From contig CAZUBM010000012.1 in assembly GCA_964618805.1 (NCBI GenBank), forward strand, positions 1-64,000: 64,000 nucleotides of DNA. Reading direction: 5' to 3'. A program made the position numbers and the translations under genes. Shown piece by piece: positions 9,681-20,622 of this stretch; positions within the stretch are counted from its first letter, which is position 1; each line of letters starts with the position of its first letter. Origin of the DNA: an uncultured Nitrososphaerota archaeon. GTDB lineage: Archaea > Korarchaeota > Korarchaeia > Korarchaeales > Korarchaeaceae. The notes below the pieces were generated by a model. That model saw only the letters and a program-made list of their open reading frames with translations, had not been told where the DNA came from and searched no databases.

Positions 9681-10364
9681 ATGGGAGAACCCGTCATTGC
9701 GAGGATCGATGTGGAAGGGAAGTACCACTTCGAGGTCTATGTGTACCCGGAAAAAGCGTATTCATACCTTGAAGGAAGCAAGATAAGTGTTGAGGATATA
9801 TTAGCTATTGAGAAGGTATTTAAGGATGCAAGGAAGGGAATAGAAGCTTCTTCTAAGGATTTGATCCGGATCTTCGGAACAGAAGATCCCTATGAGATTT
9901 GCAAAAGGATTCTAGACGAAGGAAAGGTACAATTAACCACTGAATATATCAGAAAATTGCAGGATAGGAAGAAAAGATGGATAATAAACTTCATACATCA
10001 GAATTTCGTCGATCCAAAGACGAACCTCCCTCATCCGATTTCTAGAATCGAAAGAGCTATGAAAGAGGCAAAGGTAAGGGTTGATCCTTATAAAAGGGCT
10101 GAAGAGCAAGTTAATCAAGTAATTGAAGCTCTAAGGAAAATCTTGCCCTTAAAGGGCGGGTCTTCAAGGCTTAGAGTGAAGATACCGATCGAGACTTGGG
10201 GAAAAATTAGGGCAGGACTTTCAGGAATGGGAAAGGTTTTACATGAGGAGGTATCAAAGGATGGTCAGAGGGCTATAATTGATGTTGAAATCCCGATTAG
10301 AGCCCAGGGTTCCGTATACGAACTTATAGGTAAGGTAGGTGGAAGTGTTGAAGAAATCAGCTAG
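9681..10364 (+). CDS. Ribosome maturation factor SBDS/Sdo1
   Basis: HFEV, VFKDARKG, DPKTNLPHP..RIERAM. Confidence 0.93.
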   Translation: MGEPVIARIDVEGKYHFEVYVYPEKAYSYLEGSKISVEDILAIEKVFKDARKGIEASSKDLIRIFGTEDPYEICKRILDEGKVQLTTEYIRKLQDRKKRWIINFIHQNFVDPKTNLPHPISRIERAMKEAKVRVDPYKRAEEQVNQVIEALRKILPLKGGSSRLRVKIPIETWGKIRAGLSGMGKVLHEEVSKDGQRAIIDVEIPIRAQGSVYELIGKVGGSVEEIS

Positions 10365-11079
10365 TTCTAGGGCTGAAATATTTGTGAAGGATAGGGAGCT
10401 CGTCCTTCCTGGGCAAGCTCTTGCGAAGGGCCCCTTGAAACCTGAGAAAGGGGTATATATCGATAAAAATGGAGTAATGAGGTCCTATATGGTAGGACTT
10501 GCTGAGATAAGCGATGAGAAGGTAGGAGTTATCCCTCTAAAGGGAAGCTATGTCCCAAAAGCAGGAGACTTAGTGATAGCCAGAATTGAGAGGATATCTC
10601 AGAGAATCATATTTGCTGACATCAATTCTTATTGTAAGGCAATAATGATAGTTCCAAGATCTGAGCCAAGGCGAGGAGGGAGAAGATACTCCCTTCTAGC
10701 TAAATATGAGGCCTTGGCTCCTGGAGATGTGGTGTTAGCTAAGATAATGTCCTATGATGGTGTTTCGAATCCCCTTCTCTCGATAAAGGGGGAAGGTCTT
10801 GGAAAGATAGCTGGGGGATCCTTGATAATGATAGAACCGAGCAAAGTCCCCAGAGCTCTTGGAAAAAGGCAATCCATGCTACAAGTGCTGAAGCAAAAGG
10901 CCAGGTGCGACATAATAATAGCCCAAAATGGGATAGTGTGGATAAACTCGGATGATCCAAGGGTTATTGGTGCTATAGAGAAAGCTCTTCGTAAAATTGA
11001 GAGGGAGTCACATCTTTCAGGCCTTACTGAAAGGATTGGTCAGATGTTGGACGATCTTTTAGGGAGGAAATCTAGATGA
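10339..11079 (+). CDS. rrp4: Exosome RNA-binding subunit Rrp4 (start uncertain)
   Basis: [15 protein letters not shown] (S1), KVPRALGK (KH), [15 protein letters not shown]. Confidence 0.92.
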   Translation: MEVLKKSASSRAEIFVKDRELVLPGQALAKGPLKPEKGVYIDKNGVMRSYMVGLAEISDEKVGVIPLKGSYVPKAGDLVIARIERISQRIIFADINSYCKAIMIVPRSEPRRGGRRYSLLAKYEALAPGDVVLAKIMSYDGVSNPLLSIKGEGLGKIAGGSLIMIEPSKVPRALGKRQSMLQVLKQKARCDIIIAQNGIVWINSDDPRVIGAIEKALRKIERESHLSGLTERIGQMLDDLLGRKSR

Positions 11080-11834
11080 ATTCGATATTTACTGAGCAGA
11101 AACCTGAGGTTCTCATTCAGAAAGATGGAACAAGAATTGATGGAAGGAAGCCTGATGAGATGAGGCCTATAAGCATAGAAGTTGGAGTTTTGAGGAAGGC
11201 TAACGGTTCTGCTTACATAGAATGGGGAGGGAACAGGGTCCTTGCTGCCGTATACGGCCCTAGAGAAGTCCATCCTAGGCATCTAGCCCTTCCTGACAGG
11301 GCTTTGATCAGATGCCGCTACAATATGGCCCCATTCTCGACAGAAGAAAGAAAAAGGCCAGGACCTGATAGAAGGAGCGTTGAATTATCTAAAGTAATAA
11401 GAGAGGCTCTTATTCCAGCCGTTTTTGTTGAAAGATTTCCAAACACAACCATCGACATATTTGTAGAGATCCTAAGGTCAGATGCTGGGACTAGGATAGC
11501 TGGGATAACTGCAGCTTCATTAGCCCTTGCTGATGCTGGAATTCCACTGAAGGGGCTAGTTGCTGGTTGCACCGTTGGGAAGGTTGAAGACTGGTTGGTC
11601 CTGGATGTTGGTCATGAGGAAGACATGTGGGGAGACGCCGACATACCCCTAGCTATGATCATGGAAACTCGAGAGATAACCTTGCTCCAATCTGATGGGA
11701 CTTTGACTCCAGATGAGTTCAAAGAGGCCCTTGATCTAGCAATAAAGGGATGTACATACGTGTATGAACTTCAAAAAGAGGCTCTAAGAAGGCCTTATGT
11801 AACAGTTGAAAAGGAGGTAAAGGGAGAGGAGTAG
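11076..11834 (+). CDS. rrp41: Exosome subunit Rrp41
   Basis: [38 protein letters not shown]. Confidence 0.97.
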   Translation: MNSIFTEQKPEVLIQKDGTRIDGRKPDEMRPISIEVGVLRKANGSAYIEWGGNRVLAAVYGPREVHPRHLALPDRALIRCRYNMAPFSTEERKRPGPDRRSVELSKVIREALIPAVFVERFPNTTIDIFVEILRSDAGTRIAGITAASLALADAGIPLKGLVAGCTVGKVEDWLVLDVGHEEDMWGDADIPLAMIMETREITLLQSDGTLTPDEFKEALDLAIKGCTYVYELQKEALRRPYVTVEKEVKGEE

Positions 11835-11837
11835 TTT

Positions 11838-12656
11838 ATGGGATTAGAGGAGAAGATCTCATCAACTCTCTTAAAAGAGCATCTTTTGAAGCTTGCTCAA
11901 TCAGGTAAACGCAAGGATGGAAGGAAATTCGATGAAATGAGGCCAATAGAGGTTAAAGAAGGGACTTTCACTAAAGGATTGGGGGAAGCTTGGGTTTCCC
12001 TTGGAAAAACGCAAGTTTTGACTAGTTTGAAGTTTGATGTAGGAGAACCTTATCCCGATACTCCAGACAAGGGAGTCCTGATATCTAATGTTGAGCTTCT
12101 CCCTCTTGCCTCTCCAAGCTTTGAACCTGGACCTCCTGACGAGAACGCTATTGAAATCGCAAGAGTAGTCGACAGGGCTTTCAGGGGATCAGAAGCTATT
12201 GACTTATCCAAGCTTGTCATAGAAGAGGGTAAACTAGTTTACATACTCTTCCTTGATTTGTACGTACTTGACTACGACGGAAATCTTTTCGATGCCCTCA
12301 CGCTCTCCTCCCTGATAACTTTCGCTAGAGCAGAAATACCAGTAGTCGAAGTAGGAGATGATGGCAGCCCTAAACTGGTTAAGGAAAAGAGCTTTCCGCT
12401 TCCGCTCGTAGATTACCCTCTTAGCTTTTCTTTCGTCAAAATTGGAGAGTATCTCATGCTAGATCCAAATTTAGAGGAAGAATCTGTAGCAGATGCAGCT
12501 CTAACTTTGGCAATAGACAAGGACCTTAACATTTGCTCAGTACAGAAGAGGAATGGAACTTTCAAACTCAGTGAGATTATTAAGGCAGTTGATATAGCAC
12601 GTGCTAGGTATCCACAGATAATGGAACAGGTCAAGAAGGTGGTAAATATTGCCTAA
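11838..12656 (+). CDS. rrp42: Exosome subunit Rrp42
   Basis: FEPGPPDENAIEIARVVDR, DYDGNLFDA. Confidence 0.97.
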   Translation: MGLEEKISSTLLKEHLLKLAQSGKRKDGRKFDEMRPIEVKEGTFTKGLGEAWVSLGKTQVLTSLKFDVGEPYPDTPDKGVLISNVELLPLASPSFEPGPPDENAIEIARVVDRAFRGSEAIDLSKLVIEEGKLVYILFLDLYVLDYDGNLFDALTLSSLITFARAEIPVVEVGDDGSPKLVKEKSFPLPLVDYPLSFSFVKIGEYLMLDPNLEEESVADAALTLAIDKDLNICSVQKRNGTFKLSEIIKAVDIARARYPQIMEQVKKVVNIA

Positions 12657-12918
12657 GGTTGGAGTGCCAAGGACTAAGCTAAGAGTTCCAAGATATGGAA
12701 GGAGGATTAGAAAGCAGTATGAAGCGATTTTAGCTAAAGCAAAGGCCAGATATAAGTGTCCAAGGTGTAACGTTCGAGCAGTAGTGAGGGTAAGGCTAGG
12801 GGTCTGGCGATGTGAGAAATGTGGTTTTGAATTCACTGGAGGAGCATGGGTGCCACAAACTCCGTCAGCAAGGGCAAACTATGTTGCTATGATTAGAGCG
12901 AAGTCTCAGACCTCTTAA
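12649..12918 (+). CDS. rpl37ae: 50S ribosomal protein L37Ae
   Basis: RYGRRIRK, CPRC..GVWRCEKC..FTGGAW. Confidence 0.94.
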   Translation: MPKVGVPRTKLRVPRYGRRIRKQYEAILAKAKARYKCPRCNVRAVVRVRLGVWRCEKCGFEFTGGAWVPQTPSARANYVAMIRAKSQTS

Positions 12919-12929
12919 CAGGTCTTCTT

Positions 12930-13514
12930 ATGTTGCTGATAACCACCTCAAGAAGGCCCTCAAGGAGAACCCGCAGCTTTGTTAGGGATCTCTACCACGT
13001 AATACCAGGGGCAAAAAGGGTAAATAGAGGAAAGAAAAGCGTTGAAGACCTTAAAAAGCTCGCTATTGGAGAAGGTTTTAAAAGGGTTCTCATCGTGGGG
13101 ACTATGAAGGGAAATCCCTCAACCCTGACATTTCTGGCTACTTTGCCAGCGGAAGTCCAATACCTACCGCTAATGATATGGCTTAAAGGGGTTACTTTGA
13201 GGAGGGAGATGACGAAAAGAAGGGCTCCATTCGTCAGAACACTTGGAGTTGCAAGAACGTCAGGAGTTCCCGAGGAATTTGTGCATGGATTCTCATCCGG
13301 CCTTGGGGTGGAGGGGTTCAAAGAGGTGGAGGAGCCAGAGGACGTATCAAAGCTAGTAGATTTTTACGACGTGGTACTACTATTGCAGAAGAAGGGAATG
13401 GAGATGGTAGCCACGTTCTATTCAACTCATCCAGCATTTGAGCTTGGACCTAGGATGTACTTGGGAGGCGTAAAGAGAATTGAAGCTAGCTCTATCGGTA
13501 AAGATCAGGGTTGA
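12930..13514 (+). CDS. Brix/Imp4-domain ribosome biogenesis protein
   Basis: MLLITTSRRPSRRTRSF, RVNRGKKS, KGNP. Confidence 0.9.
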   Translation: MLLITTSRRPSRRTRSFVRDLYHVIPGAKRVNRGKKSVEDLKKLAIGEGFKRVLIVGTMKGNPSTLTFLATLPAEVQYLPLMIWLKGVTLRREMTKRRAPFVRTLGVARTSGVPEEFVHGFSSGLGVEGFKEVEEPEDVSKLVDFYDVVLLLQKKGMEMVATFYSTHPAFELGPRMYLGGVKRIEASSIGKDQG

Positions 13515-13737
13515 GGGTGAGAGATGTTTGATAGAAAGGGCACGAAATGTGCTTATTCCAGACTTTGTTTCAACAATTTCGAATGAAAACGTCGAAGTTA
13601 GGGGTGAAAAAGCCGTTTGGAACATAGATCTATCGGCTGAAACTGTATCGAGACTTAGAGCAATAACTAACAGCATATTAAGAGCTATTTCTCTCTTTTT
13701 AGAGATTGAAGGCATTTTTGAAGAAACTGGGAGATGA
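13480..13737 (+). CDS. pcc1: KEOPS subunit Pcc1
   Basis: LIPD..AETVSRLRAITNSILR; conserved position. Confidence 0.82.
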   Translation: MKLALSVKIRVEGERCLIERARNVLIPDFVSTISNENVEVRGEKAVWNIDLSAETVSRLRAITNSILRAISLFLEIEGIFEETGR

Positions 13738-13776
13738 ACAATAATTAAATAAATAAGGGATGAGCTGAGGATACTT

Positions 13777-13849
13777 GGGCCGGTGGTCTAGTGGCTATGA
13801 CGCCGCCCTCACGCGGCGGAGGTCGAGGGTTCGAATCCCTCCCGGCCCA
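13777..13849 (+). tRNA. tRNA-Val(CAC)
   Basis: Cloverleaf GGGCCGG/CCGGCCC; anticodon arm CCGCC-CTCACGC-GGCGG; TTCGAAT T-loop. Confidence 0.96.
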
Positions 13850-13912
13850 CTTATTCATCAATAAAGCATGTCATCTTTTTAAGAGTCAGGAGTGATCTTA
13901 GCTAGGATCCCT

Positions 13913-14191
13913 ATGCCGACTTACACGTTTTTGGTATTTTATAAGATCAGACCGCTCTCGCCAGAGGAGGAAGAAAGGGCAAGAAAGGAATGGTCAGAAA
14001 TTTTGGAAAAATGGCCTTCAAAGATAAGACTAACTGGAATATTCGACCATGCTTGGGGGACTTCGTACAACGGCTTTATGGTGATTGAGTGCGAGGATTT
14101 TGGTGAATACGTAAAGTTTTGGAAGTGGTTTAAGGACCAGATTAGGTGGTACGTCATCGAAACCCAAACGGTAATTGGTGTAAGGAGATAA
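13913..14191 (+). CDS. Small alpha/beta-barrel-like hypothetical protein
   Basis: Clean ORF, HAWGTSYNGFMVIE; family not certain. Confidence 0.65.
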   Translation: MPTYTFLVFYKIRPLSPEEEERARKEWSEILEKWPSKIRLTGIFDHAWGTSYNGFMVIECEDFGEYVKFWKWFKDQIRWYVIETQTVIGVRR

Positions 14192-14282
14192 GGATAGCTA
14201 ACCCAATTACCATCCACTTTTTTATCTCTAATCCCTTTTTTGGAGTGGTCATAGAATCACTATGGTAAGGGTGTTGCTTTGA

Positions 14283-15686
14283 ATGAAATGCAATGAACTA
14301 GATTCAATCATAGATAGAGTTTCAGAGCTATTAACCCCTTCGCCCGAGGAGAAGAGAAATGCTTTGGAAATCCTGAATGAAGCTGTTGATCTTCTAGATG
14401 ATGCAGCGGGTGAGCTTGGATATGAGGTATCGATAGTCCCAGTAGGCTCAATTACGCGAGATACATGGTTACCTGGAAAGACGGATCTTGACATATTTAT
14501 ACTCTTCAAAAAACCCTTTCCTGAGGATAAGCTAGGAGAAGCCATTATAAGCATAGTAAAAAAGGCATTTGGAAAGTATACGCTCAGATATTCTGCCCAT
14601 CCTTATGCTAGGGTCAAGTTAAGAGGTTTTGAAATAGATATTGTCCCTGCTTACGATGTGAAGAATGCTCTAGAGCTTAAAACCCCAGTGGACAGGTCTC
14701 CCCTTCACGCTAAGTTCTTAGAAGAGAGGTTGACGCCAAACCTTGCCAAAGAGGTTAGGTTGTTGAAAGCTTTCGTTAAGGGCATTGGAGCCTATGGAGC
14801 TGAGGTTAAAGTTGAGGGATTCAGCGGCTATCTGTGCGAGTTATTGGTGTTGCATTATGGCTCCTTCCTAAATGTCTTGAGGGCTGCAAAGGATTGGAAG
14901 GAGCCAGTTGTAATAGACATGGCTAGAACGGTGAGTTCATCTGAAGAAGCAACTAGGCTATTCCCAAACCCACTTATAGTCATAGATCCAGTAGATCCGA
15001 GGAGAAATGTCGCATCAGCACTTTCTAGAACCCAGTTTTATAGGTTTAAGGCGGCAGCTAAGGCTTTCTTGAAACGCCCTTCCGAAAAATTCTTCCTAGA
15101 AAGGGAGATAAAGCTGCCAGGAGGAGAAGCCATACTTAGTTTGATGGAAGTTAGGGGGACTTACCTAGCAGTTGTTCTTTTTGACGGATTAAGGGAAGCC
15201 CCAGACACTCTGTGGACCCAGGCAAAGAGCGGCGCTAGGAAGCTTCGTAACCTTTTGAAGAACCATGGTTTTCCTGTAATTCATGTAGATGGCTTCACAA
15301 ATGAGAGCTCATCGGTACTCATCCTTGTAGAGACGCCAAGCAGGCTAATTTCTCCGATAGAAGTTAGAGAGGGACCTGAGGTAGGGAGGCTTGGTGAGTC
15401 CAATTTCATAAAAAAGCACCTGGGAGCACAGGACACAATATCTGGGCCATTTATATGCGAAAACAGGTGGATAGTCATCAAAAGAAGGAAGGAAAATGAT
15501 GTTAAGGCTTTCATAGACAGCATCCTAAGGGCAGGTCGCGGTTTACCAAAGAAACTGTTTAGTGCGGAAGCAAGGGAAGTGTTCGATTGTAAAGAAATAT
15601 CAAAAATCCCTGATTGGGCCTTTAAATTCATCTATAAGTGGCTTAGGAAGGAAGAACCATTCTCAAAGGAATTATCTGATCCTTAG
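14283..15686 (+). CDS. cca: Class I CCA-adding enzyme
   Basis: VGSITRDTWL..DLDIF, YSAHPY, VDRSPLH, GFSGYLCELL, DPVDPRRNVA. Confidence 0.96.
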   Translation: MKCNELDSIIDRVSELLTPSPEEKRNALEILNEAVDLLDDAAGELGYEVSIVPVGSITRDTWLPGKTDLDIFILFKKPFPEDKLGEAIISIVKKAFGKYTLRYSAHPYARVKLRGFEIDIVPAYDVKNALELKTPVDRSPLHAKFLEERLTPNLAKEVRLLKAFVKGIGAYGAEVKVEGFSGYLCELLVLHYGSFLNVLRAAKDWKEPVVIDMARTVSSSEEATRLFPNPLIVIDPVDPRRNVASALSRTQFYRFKAAAKAFLKRPSEKFFLEREIKLPGGEAILSLMEVRGTYLAVVLFDGLREAPDTLWTQAKSGARKLRNLLKNHGFPVIHVDGFTNESSSVLILVETPSRLISPIEVREGPEVGRLGESNFIKKHLGAQDTISGPFICENRWIVIKRRKENDVKAFIDSILRAGRGLPKKLFSAEAREVFDCKEISKIPDWAFKFIYKWLRKEEPFSKELSDP

Positions 15687-16967
15687 AGCCTTTTTACCCC
15701 CAAAACTTGCGTTTTTACCTAGCTCTTCCTCGATTTCCAATAATCTGTTGTACTTCACAACCCTCTCCCCTCTAGCTATCGCTCCTGCCTTGATCTGGCC
15801 GCAGCCTATTCCAACAGCTATGTCTGATATTGCTGTGTCCGTAGTCTCTCCAGATCTATGGCTTACTATCACGGAATAACCTGCTTTCGATGCTATCTTA
15901 GCAGCTTCTAAGGCCTCAGTTAGGGTTCCTATTTGATTCACCTTTAACAAGAGGGAGTTGCCAGCACCAACCTCGATCCCCTTCTTCAGCCGATTTGGAT
16001 TTGTTACGAAGAAGTCATCTCCTACTAGTTGGATCCTATCCCCTACCTTCTTTGTGAGCTCAGCAAATGAATCAAAATCCTCCTCTTCAAACGGATCCTC
16101 TATACTTATGAGTGGGTAATCCTCTATCAGTTCGATGTAAAACTCCATCAAATCGTTTGAGTCAAGTTCTTTCCCATCGATCCTGTATTTCCCCGAATCT
16201 GCATCATAAAAACTGCTTGCGGCGCAATCAATTCCTAAGAAAACTTTCCCACTATATCCGCTTTCTTCCACAGCCTTTAATAGGGCGTCTAGGGCCTCAG
16301 TCGTTTTTGACATTGGTGGGGCAAATCCTCCCTCATCTCCAACGTTTCTCGCAGATACACCATATTTTGACGCCAAAAGATCTCTTAGATTATGATAAAT
16401 TTCCGCAGCCGCAAAAATGGCTTCCTTAAACGTTTTAAAATCGGCAGGAATTATCATAAACTCCTGTATCGAGAGCTCATTACCTGCGTGTAATCCTCCA
16501 TTTATCACGTTCAACAATGGTACTGGCAATAGGTTGGCGGACACCCCACCAAGGTACCTGTAGAGGGGTTGATCCGTTGCTTTTGCAGCAGCCTTGGCGC
16601 AAGCAATGGATACGGCTAAGATGGAATTGCTTCCAAAGTTCGATTTATTGGGGCTTCCATCTGCTTCTATCATTATCCTATCTATCTCTTCCTGTCTTCT
16701 AACGTCAACACCAACTATTAGAGGGGCTATTAGCTCCTTAATCGTGGCAACTGCCCTTCTAACTCTTCTCCCTCTAAGCTGTTTTCCTCCATCTCTAAGC
16801 TCTAAAGCCTCTTCCCTTCCCTTTGAAGCTCCAGCTGGAACCGAAAAGCTTCCTGTGTACCCTCCCTCTGTTCTTACAATTGCTTTAACGGTGGGATAGC
16901 CTCTGGAATCGAATATCTCCAGTGCTTTAACTTCAGAGATCTTGAACTTAGAGATCAAGCCTAACAC
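15672..16967 (-). CDS. eno: Enolase
   Basis: DSRGYPTV, GDEGGFAP, LLKVNQIGTLTE, SHRSGET. Confidence 0.97.
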   Translation of the reverse strand: MLGLISKFKISEVKALEIFDSRGYPTVKAIVRTEGGYTGSFSVPAGASKGREEALELRDGGKQLRGRRVRRAVATIKELIAPLIVGVDVRRQEEIDRIMIEADGSPNKSNFGSNSILAVSIACAKAAAKATDQPLYRYLGGVSANLLPVPLLNVINGGLHAGNELSIQEFMIIPADFKTFKEAIFAAAEIYHNLRDLLASKYGVSARNVGDEGGFAPPMSKTTEALDALLKAVEESGYSGKVFLGIDCAASSFYDADSGKYRIDGKELDSNDLMEFYIELIEDYPLISIEDPFEEEDFDSFAELTKKVGDRIQLVGDDFFVTNPNRLKKGIEVGAGNSLLLKVNQIGTLTEALEAAKIASKAGYSVIVSHRSGETTDTAISDIAVGIGCGQIKAGAIARGERVVKYNRLLEIEEELGKNASFGGKKALRIR

Positions 16968-17061
16968 CTTGCCTTTTCTAGATTTTCTCTCGGAATTTAA
17001 TTTAATTTAATATCTCTTGATTAAACCTGTTGCTATAATTCAAGCTTTCAACCAGTAATCG

Positions 17062-17439
17062 CTAGCAGGTTATGTGAAAGATGGCAGCTACCCTTTTTCC
17101 CTCCCTACAAAGCTGTTCGTAAACTTCAACTGCCTCTGGGGTTTTGGCTACGATGCACTCAATTCCAGATGAAAGGATGTAGTCCTCCACGTCGAGAAGA
17201 GGGAGGGCACCATACATTCCAGTTCCGATAACGATCACATCAGGCCTCTCTTCAATCAGCTCCTTGACCTCCATCGTGGTAAGGGGAGTGTGCCCATATC
17301 TTGACCTAAGGGCCCTTGACAACTCCTTCTTCCTCCTAGAAACCGAGCCATCCGAATGTATGATGACATCATGTTCGTAGCTATTCTCTCCTATTCTTAT
17401 CGACCCAAACTTCACCAGAATTCCTTCCCTTACCTTCAC
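17062..17439 (-). CDS. Mth938-like (DUF498) protein
   Basis: FGSIRI..YEHDV, VIGTG, TPEAV, FHITC. Confidence 0.88.
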   Translation of the reverse strand: MKVREGILVKFGSIRIGENSYEHDVIIHSDGSVSRRKKELSRALRSRYGHTPLTTMEVKELIEERPDVIVIGTGMYGALPLLDVEDYILSSGIECIVAKTPEAVEVYEQLCREGKRVAAIFHITC

Positions 17440-19109
17440 TTATACTCACCTATTAATGGATCAAGATTGAGTTCAAACACTCCAACAGGACATCTCAGGC
17501 CAAGTATCTCCAGAACCTCCGGTTTAACTTCACCTATATATCCTGCCTCCGTGCGCCTTGATCCAAGCAAATAGAAGATGCTGGCAGACCTTCCCTTTAT
17601 GAGGGTTGGGTGTTCAAGCTCTTCCAACTCATACTTTACACCTAGATTGCGCAGTAAAGCATCTAAATGGGCTTGAATCCTTTCAAAACTAACAATGTCA
17701 TCAGCTAGAGCTGCAGCAACCCTTCTCTCATTTCTAGCCTTTGTTTCTCGAGTCTCATCAACTATTACGACGTCCCCGACTTCAAACACCATCTGAGGGT
17801 AGGAGGCATGAACGTTGTTTGAAAGGAAAGAGAGCAAACCCGGCATTAAGGAGTCTCTAAGCACTGTGAAGGCCGAACTAACAGGGTTGGCTACCTTAAC
17901 GATAGGCTTCCTTGGCCTTAGAACCCTGTCAAAGAGTTCCTCCTCATTTGTCATTACATAGCTGAGGATCTCTTGGTATCCCAGCCCTACCATAAGGAGC
18001 CTGACCTTTTTGGAGAACTTCTCCGTCGGATGAATCCGTCCGATCGTCATCACATTTGGAATCTCCCATTCCAGCTTGTTGTAGCCGTAAACGATCAAGG
18101 CTTCCTCTACCAAATCTATTTGATGGAGGAAGTCAGCCCTATATGGCGGTATGAGTGCCTCAACAGTCTCGCCTTTGGCTACGGCGTCCAACCTTGACCT
18201 CCTTAGCAAACTTGCTATCTCCTGAGAAGAAAGATCTAATCCAGTTTTTGCTCTGAAGTACTCGACTTCTAGCTTCATAGGCTTGGGGGAGAGGTCTGGT
18301 GTTATGAACTCACCTTTTGCCCCTCTTATCCTAACCTTTCCTATCTTTCCACCCTTCTCAGCAAGGGCAGTTGCAACCACGATAAGAGCCTGCTCCACTT
18401 CCTTTTGAGAAGTTCCAGTGACATCTATGAGAAGGTTTTTAGTTTCAGAAGTGACTCTTGTCATCTCAGAATTTATTATTGGGGGAAGCGATAGGACTTC
18501 TCCCCTGCTGTCCCTGAGCACGGGGAAGAGGGGCTTATCTGCAATTATGTGCCCATATGCAACCCCTTTTTCATGCCTATTTATTACCTCCCGGGCATCC
18601 ATAGTTTCAGACATGCCTAAGGGGATGAACCTTATGTCCTCAGGCCTTTCGCCAGCATAAGTGATTGGGGGCACCAGCTTATCGAGATCGTGGATCCCTA
18701 TGGAAACCTTCCTCCTCTCCCTCCCCCAGGTTTGATGGATCTTCTCTTGTAGGTGCATTAGAGAAAGCAAGCCATCTTCCCCTAGGTGAACTCCTAAAAC
18801 AACTCCTAAAGCAAAACCTGGACGTACATTTAGGACACTCTCCTTTACTATTCCCTCAACTTCGGATTGAAACGTGCTGTATTGAGGAAGGCCTTCCTCA
18901 ATACCTAGCAAGCCCTTGAAATGCCTGGCTATGCCCTCCTCAGATAATAGGTCAATTCTATCCGTTGTCACTTCTACCTCAAGTTCATCTCCTTCTATCC
19001 TCTCTAAACTCATTTTGGACTTTTCTAGCAGTTCAGAGAGTTCAGAATCGCTCAGCTCTCTTCCTATAAGGGAGAACAGATACCTTAGGTTCAAGGTTAA
19101 GGTAGGCAT
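17436..19109 (-). CDS. pheT: Phenylalanine-tRNA ligase beta subunit
   Basis: DRIDLLSEEG, SLPPIINS, PPYRADFLH, FEVGDV; ATG 19109 preferred. Confidence 0.95.
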   Translation of the reverse strand: MPTLTLNLRYLFSLIGRELSDSELSELLEKSKMSLERIEGDELEVEVTTDRIDLLSEEGIARHFKGLLGIEEGLPQYSTFQSEVEGIVKESVLNVRPGFALGVVLGVHLGEDGLLSLMHLQEKIHQTWGRERRKVSIGIHDLDKLVPPITYAGERPEDIRFIPLGMSETMDAREVINRHEKGVAYGHIIADKPLFPVLRDSRGEVLSLPPIINSEMTRVTSETKNLLIDVTGTSQKEVEQALIVVATALAEKGGKIGKVRIRGAKGEFITPDLSPKPMKLEVEYFRAKTGLDLSSQEIASLLRRSRLDAVAKGETVEALIPPYRADFLHQIDLVEEALIVYGYNKLEWEIPNVMTIGRIHPTEKFSKKVRLLMVGLGYQEILSYVMTNEEELFDRVLRPRKPIVKVANPVSSAFTVLRDSLMPGLLSFLSNNVHASYPQMVFEVGDVVIVDETRETKARNERRVAAALADDIVSFERIQAHLDALLRNLGVKYELEELEHPTLIKGRSASIFYLLGSRRTEAGYIGEVKPEVLEILGLRCPVGVFELNLDPLIGEYK

Positions 19110-19113
19110 CCCT

Positions 19114-20622
19114 TCATCCCACTCCAAATTCTCTTAAGAAGATAAGATCCCTCGAGTGCAGGTCCCTGATGTCCTCAATCCCTAGGCGAGCCATAGCAAG
19201 TCTCCCTATCCCTATTCCCCAAGCCAACGCTCCAACTTCCTTAGAATCTATTCCGAAAGGTGCCAAGACCTCTGGTCTGAACATTCCTGCCCCTAAAACC
19301 TCAATCCATCCCAATCTTTCATGTTTTACTAACGTTTCAACGCTTGGTTCGGTGAATGGGAAGTAATCCGGCTTAAAACGGATCTCATCCCTTTTGAAGC
19401 CTAGTTCCATGGCCAATGTAGCTAGGAGGCCAAGCAAATGCTTCACATTAAGCCCCTTATCCATTACAACCCCTTCGCATTGGTGGAAGTCCATAGAATG
19501 AGTCCTGTCCAACACATCGGGCCTGAAAACATGATCTATTGAGAATATCTTAAGCGGTAACTCTTTCCTTAAAGCCATAGTCCTTGCAGATACTGCAGTT
19601 GTTTGTGTTCTAAGCACAAGCCTCCTTGCTATGTCGAAGGACCACTTATACCCCCAACCAGTGGAACCAGTCGTCCAACCATCTTCATGGATCCTTTTTA
19701 CCCTTTCCACAAGCTCTGGGTCCCTAATGTTTGCCTCTTTTGGGAACTCAAGTATGTAAGAGCTATGTATCTCCCTTGCTGGATGGTCCTGGGGCTGGAA
19801 TAAGACGTCAAAGTTCCAGAACTCTGCCTCAACGTATGGGCCCCTTACTTCCTCAAAACCCAATCCTATGAGGATTTCCCTTACCTCATCAAGGAACTCC
19901 GCATATATCTGAAGCTTTCCAGGATGTACCTTAGGAGGTCTTGCTTTAACGTCGTACTCTTTTAACCTAGCTTCCCTCCAAAGGCCGCTTTCTATGAGTT
20001 CTTTTGTTAGAGCAGATATCTCCCTTATCACCTTTACCTCTCCTGTTAAAATCCTCCTGCCGAGGTCAGTCAACCTTATCCCTAGCTCTACCCTCCTCTC
20101 CTCCCTAACAAGCCCTCTTCTCTTTAGCAGGGAGAGGATCTCGGGATCAATTTCCTCAACCTTGGTCGTTGATTGGTAAACCCTTTCCAGAACCTCCTTC
20201 AATTGAACCCTTTCCGGAAAAGTCTTAAGTTCAACCAACGTCTTTCCATCAGATTTCCTCATTTCAATCAAACCAAGGCGTCTAGCCTCTCCTATAGCTG
20301 CGCTAACTTCTGCATCGCTCTCAAATTCGCCAGTTTCGATGAGATCCTTGAGAACGACCATTCCTCCTCTCTCTTTGAGAAGTTTGACGAGCCTTTCCTC
20401 AGGTAAACCACGTTTTAAGCAGCGAATTCCCCTTTCTGTCGGCCTAACAACAATTTCTTGGCGTTCTATAACTTCAAGAATCCCTTTCTGTGCCAATAGG
20501 TGTGCTAGCGCTACAGCAGAGCTCTTCTCCATTGAGATCTCGTCTATCTTAACCAGCCCTTCCTTTGGAGCCAATAACTCCAGAAGGCGTATCTCACCTT
20601 CACTAAGAGAGATGCTCTTCAA
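19114..20622 (-). CDS. pheS: Phenylalanine-tRNA ligase alpha subunit
   Basis: FWNFDVLFQPQDHPARE, LRTQTT, YFPFTEPS, GAGMFRPE. Confidence 0.96.
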   Translation of the reverse strand: MKSISLSEGEIRLLELLAPKEGLVKIDEISMEKSSAVALAHLLAQKGILEVIERQEIVVRPTERGIRCLKRGLPEERLVKLLKERGGMVVLKDLIETGEFESDAEVSAAIGEARRLGLIEMRKSDGKTLVELKTFPERVQLKEVLERVYQSTTKVEEIDPEILSLLKRRGLVREERRVELGIRLTDLGRRILTGEVKVIREISALTKELIESGLWREARLKEYDVKARPPKVHPGKLQIYAEFLDEVREILIGLGFEEVRGPYVEAEFWNFDVLFQPQDHPAREIHSSYILEFPKEANIRDPELVERVKRIHEDGWTTGSTGWGYKWSFDIARRLVLRTQTTAVSARTMALRKELPLKIFSIDHVFRPDVLDRTHSMDFHQCEGVVMDKGLNVKHLLGLLATLAMELGFKRDEIRFKPDYFPFTEPSVETLVKHERLGWIEVLGAGMFRPEVLAPFGIDSKEVGALAWGIGIGRLAMARLGIEDIRDLHSRDLIFLREFGVG

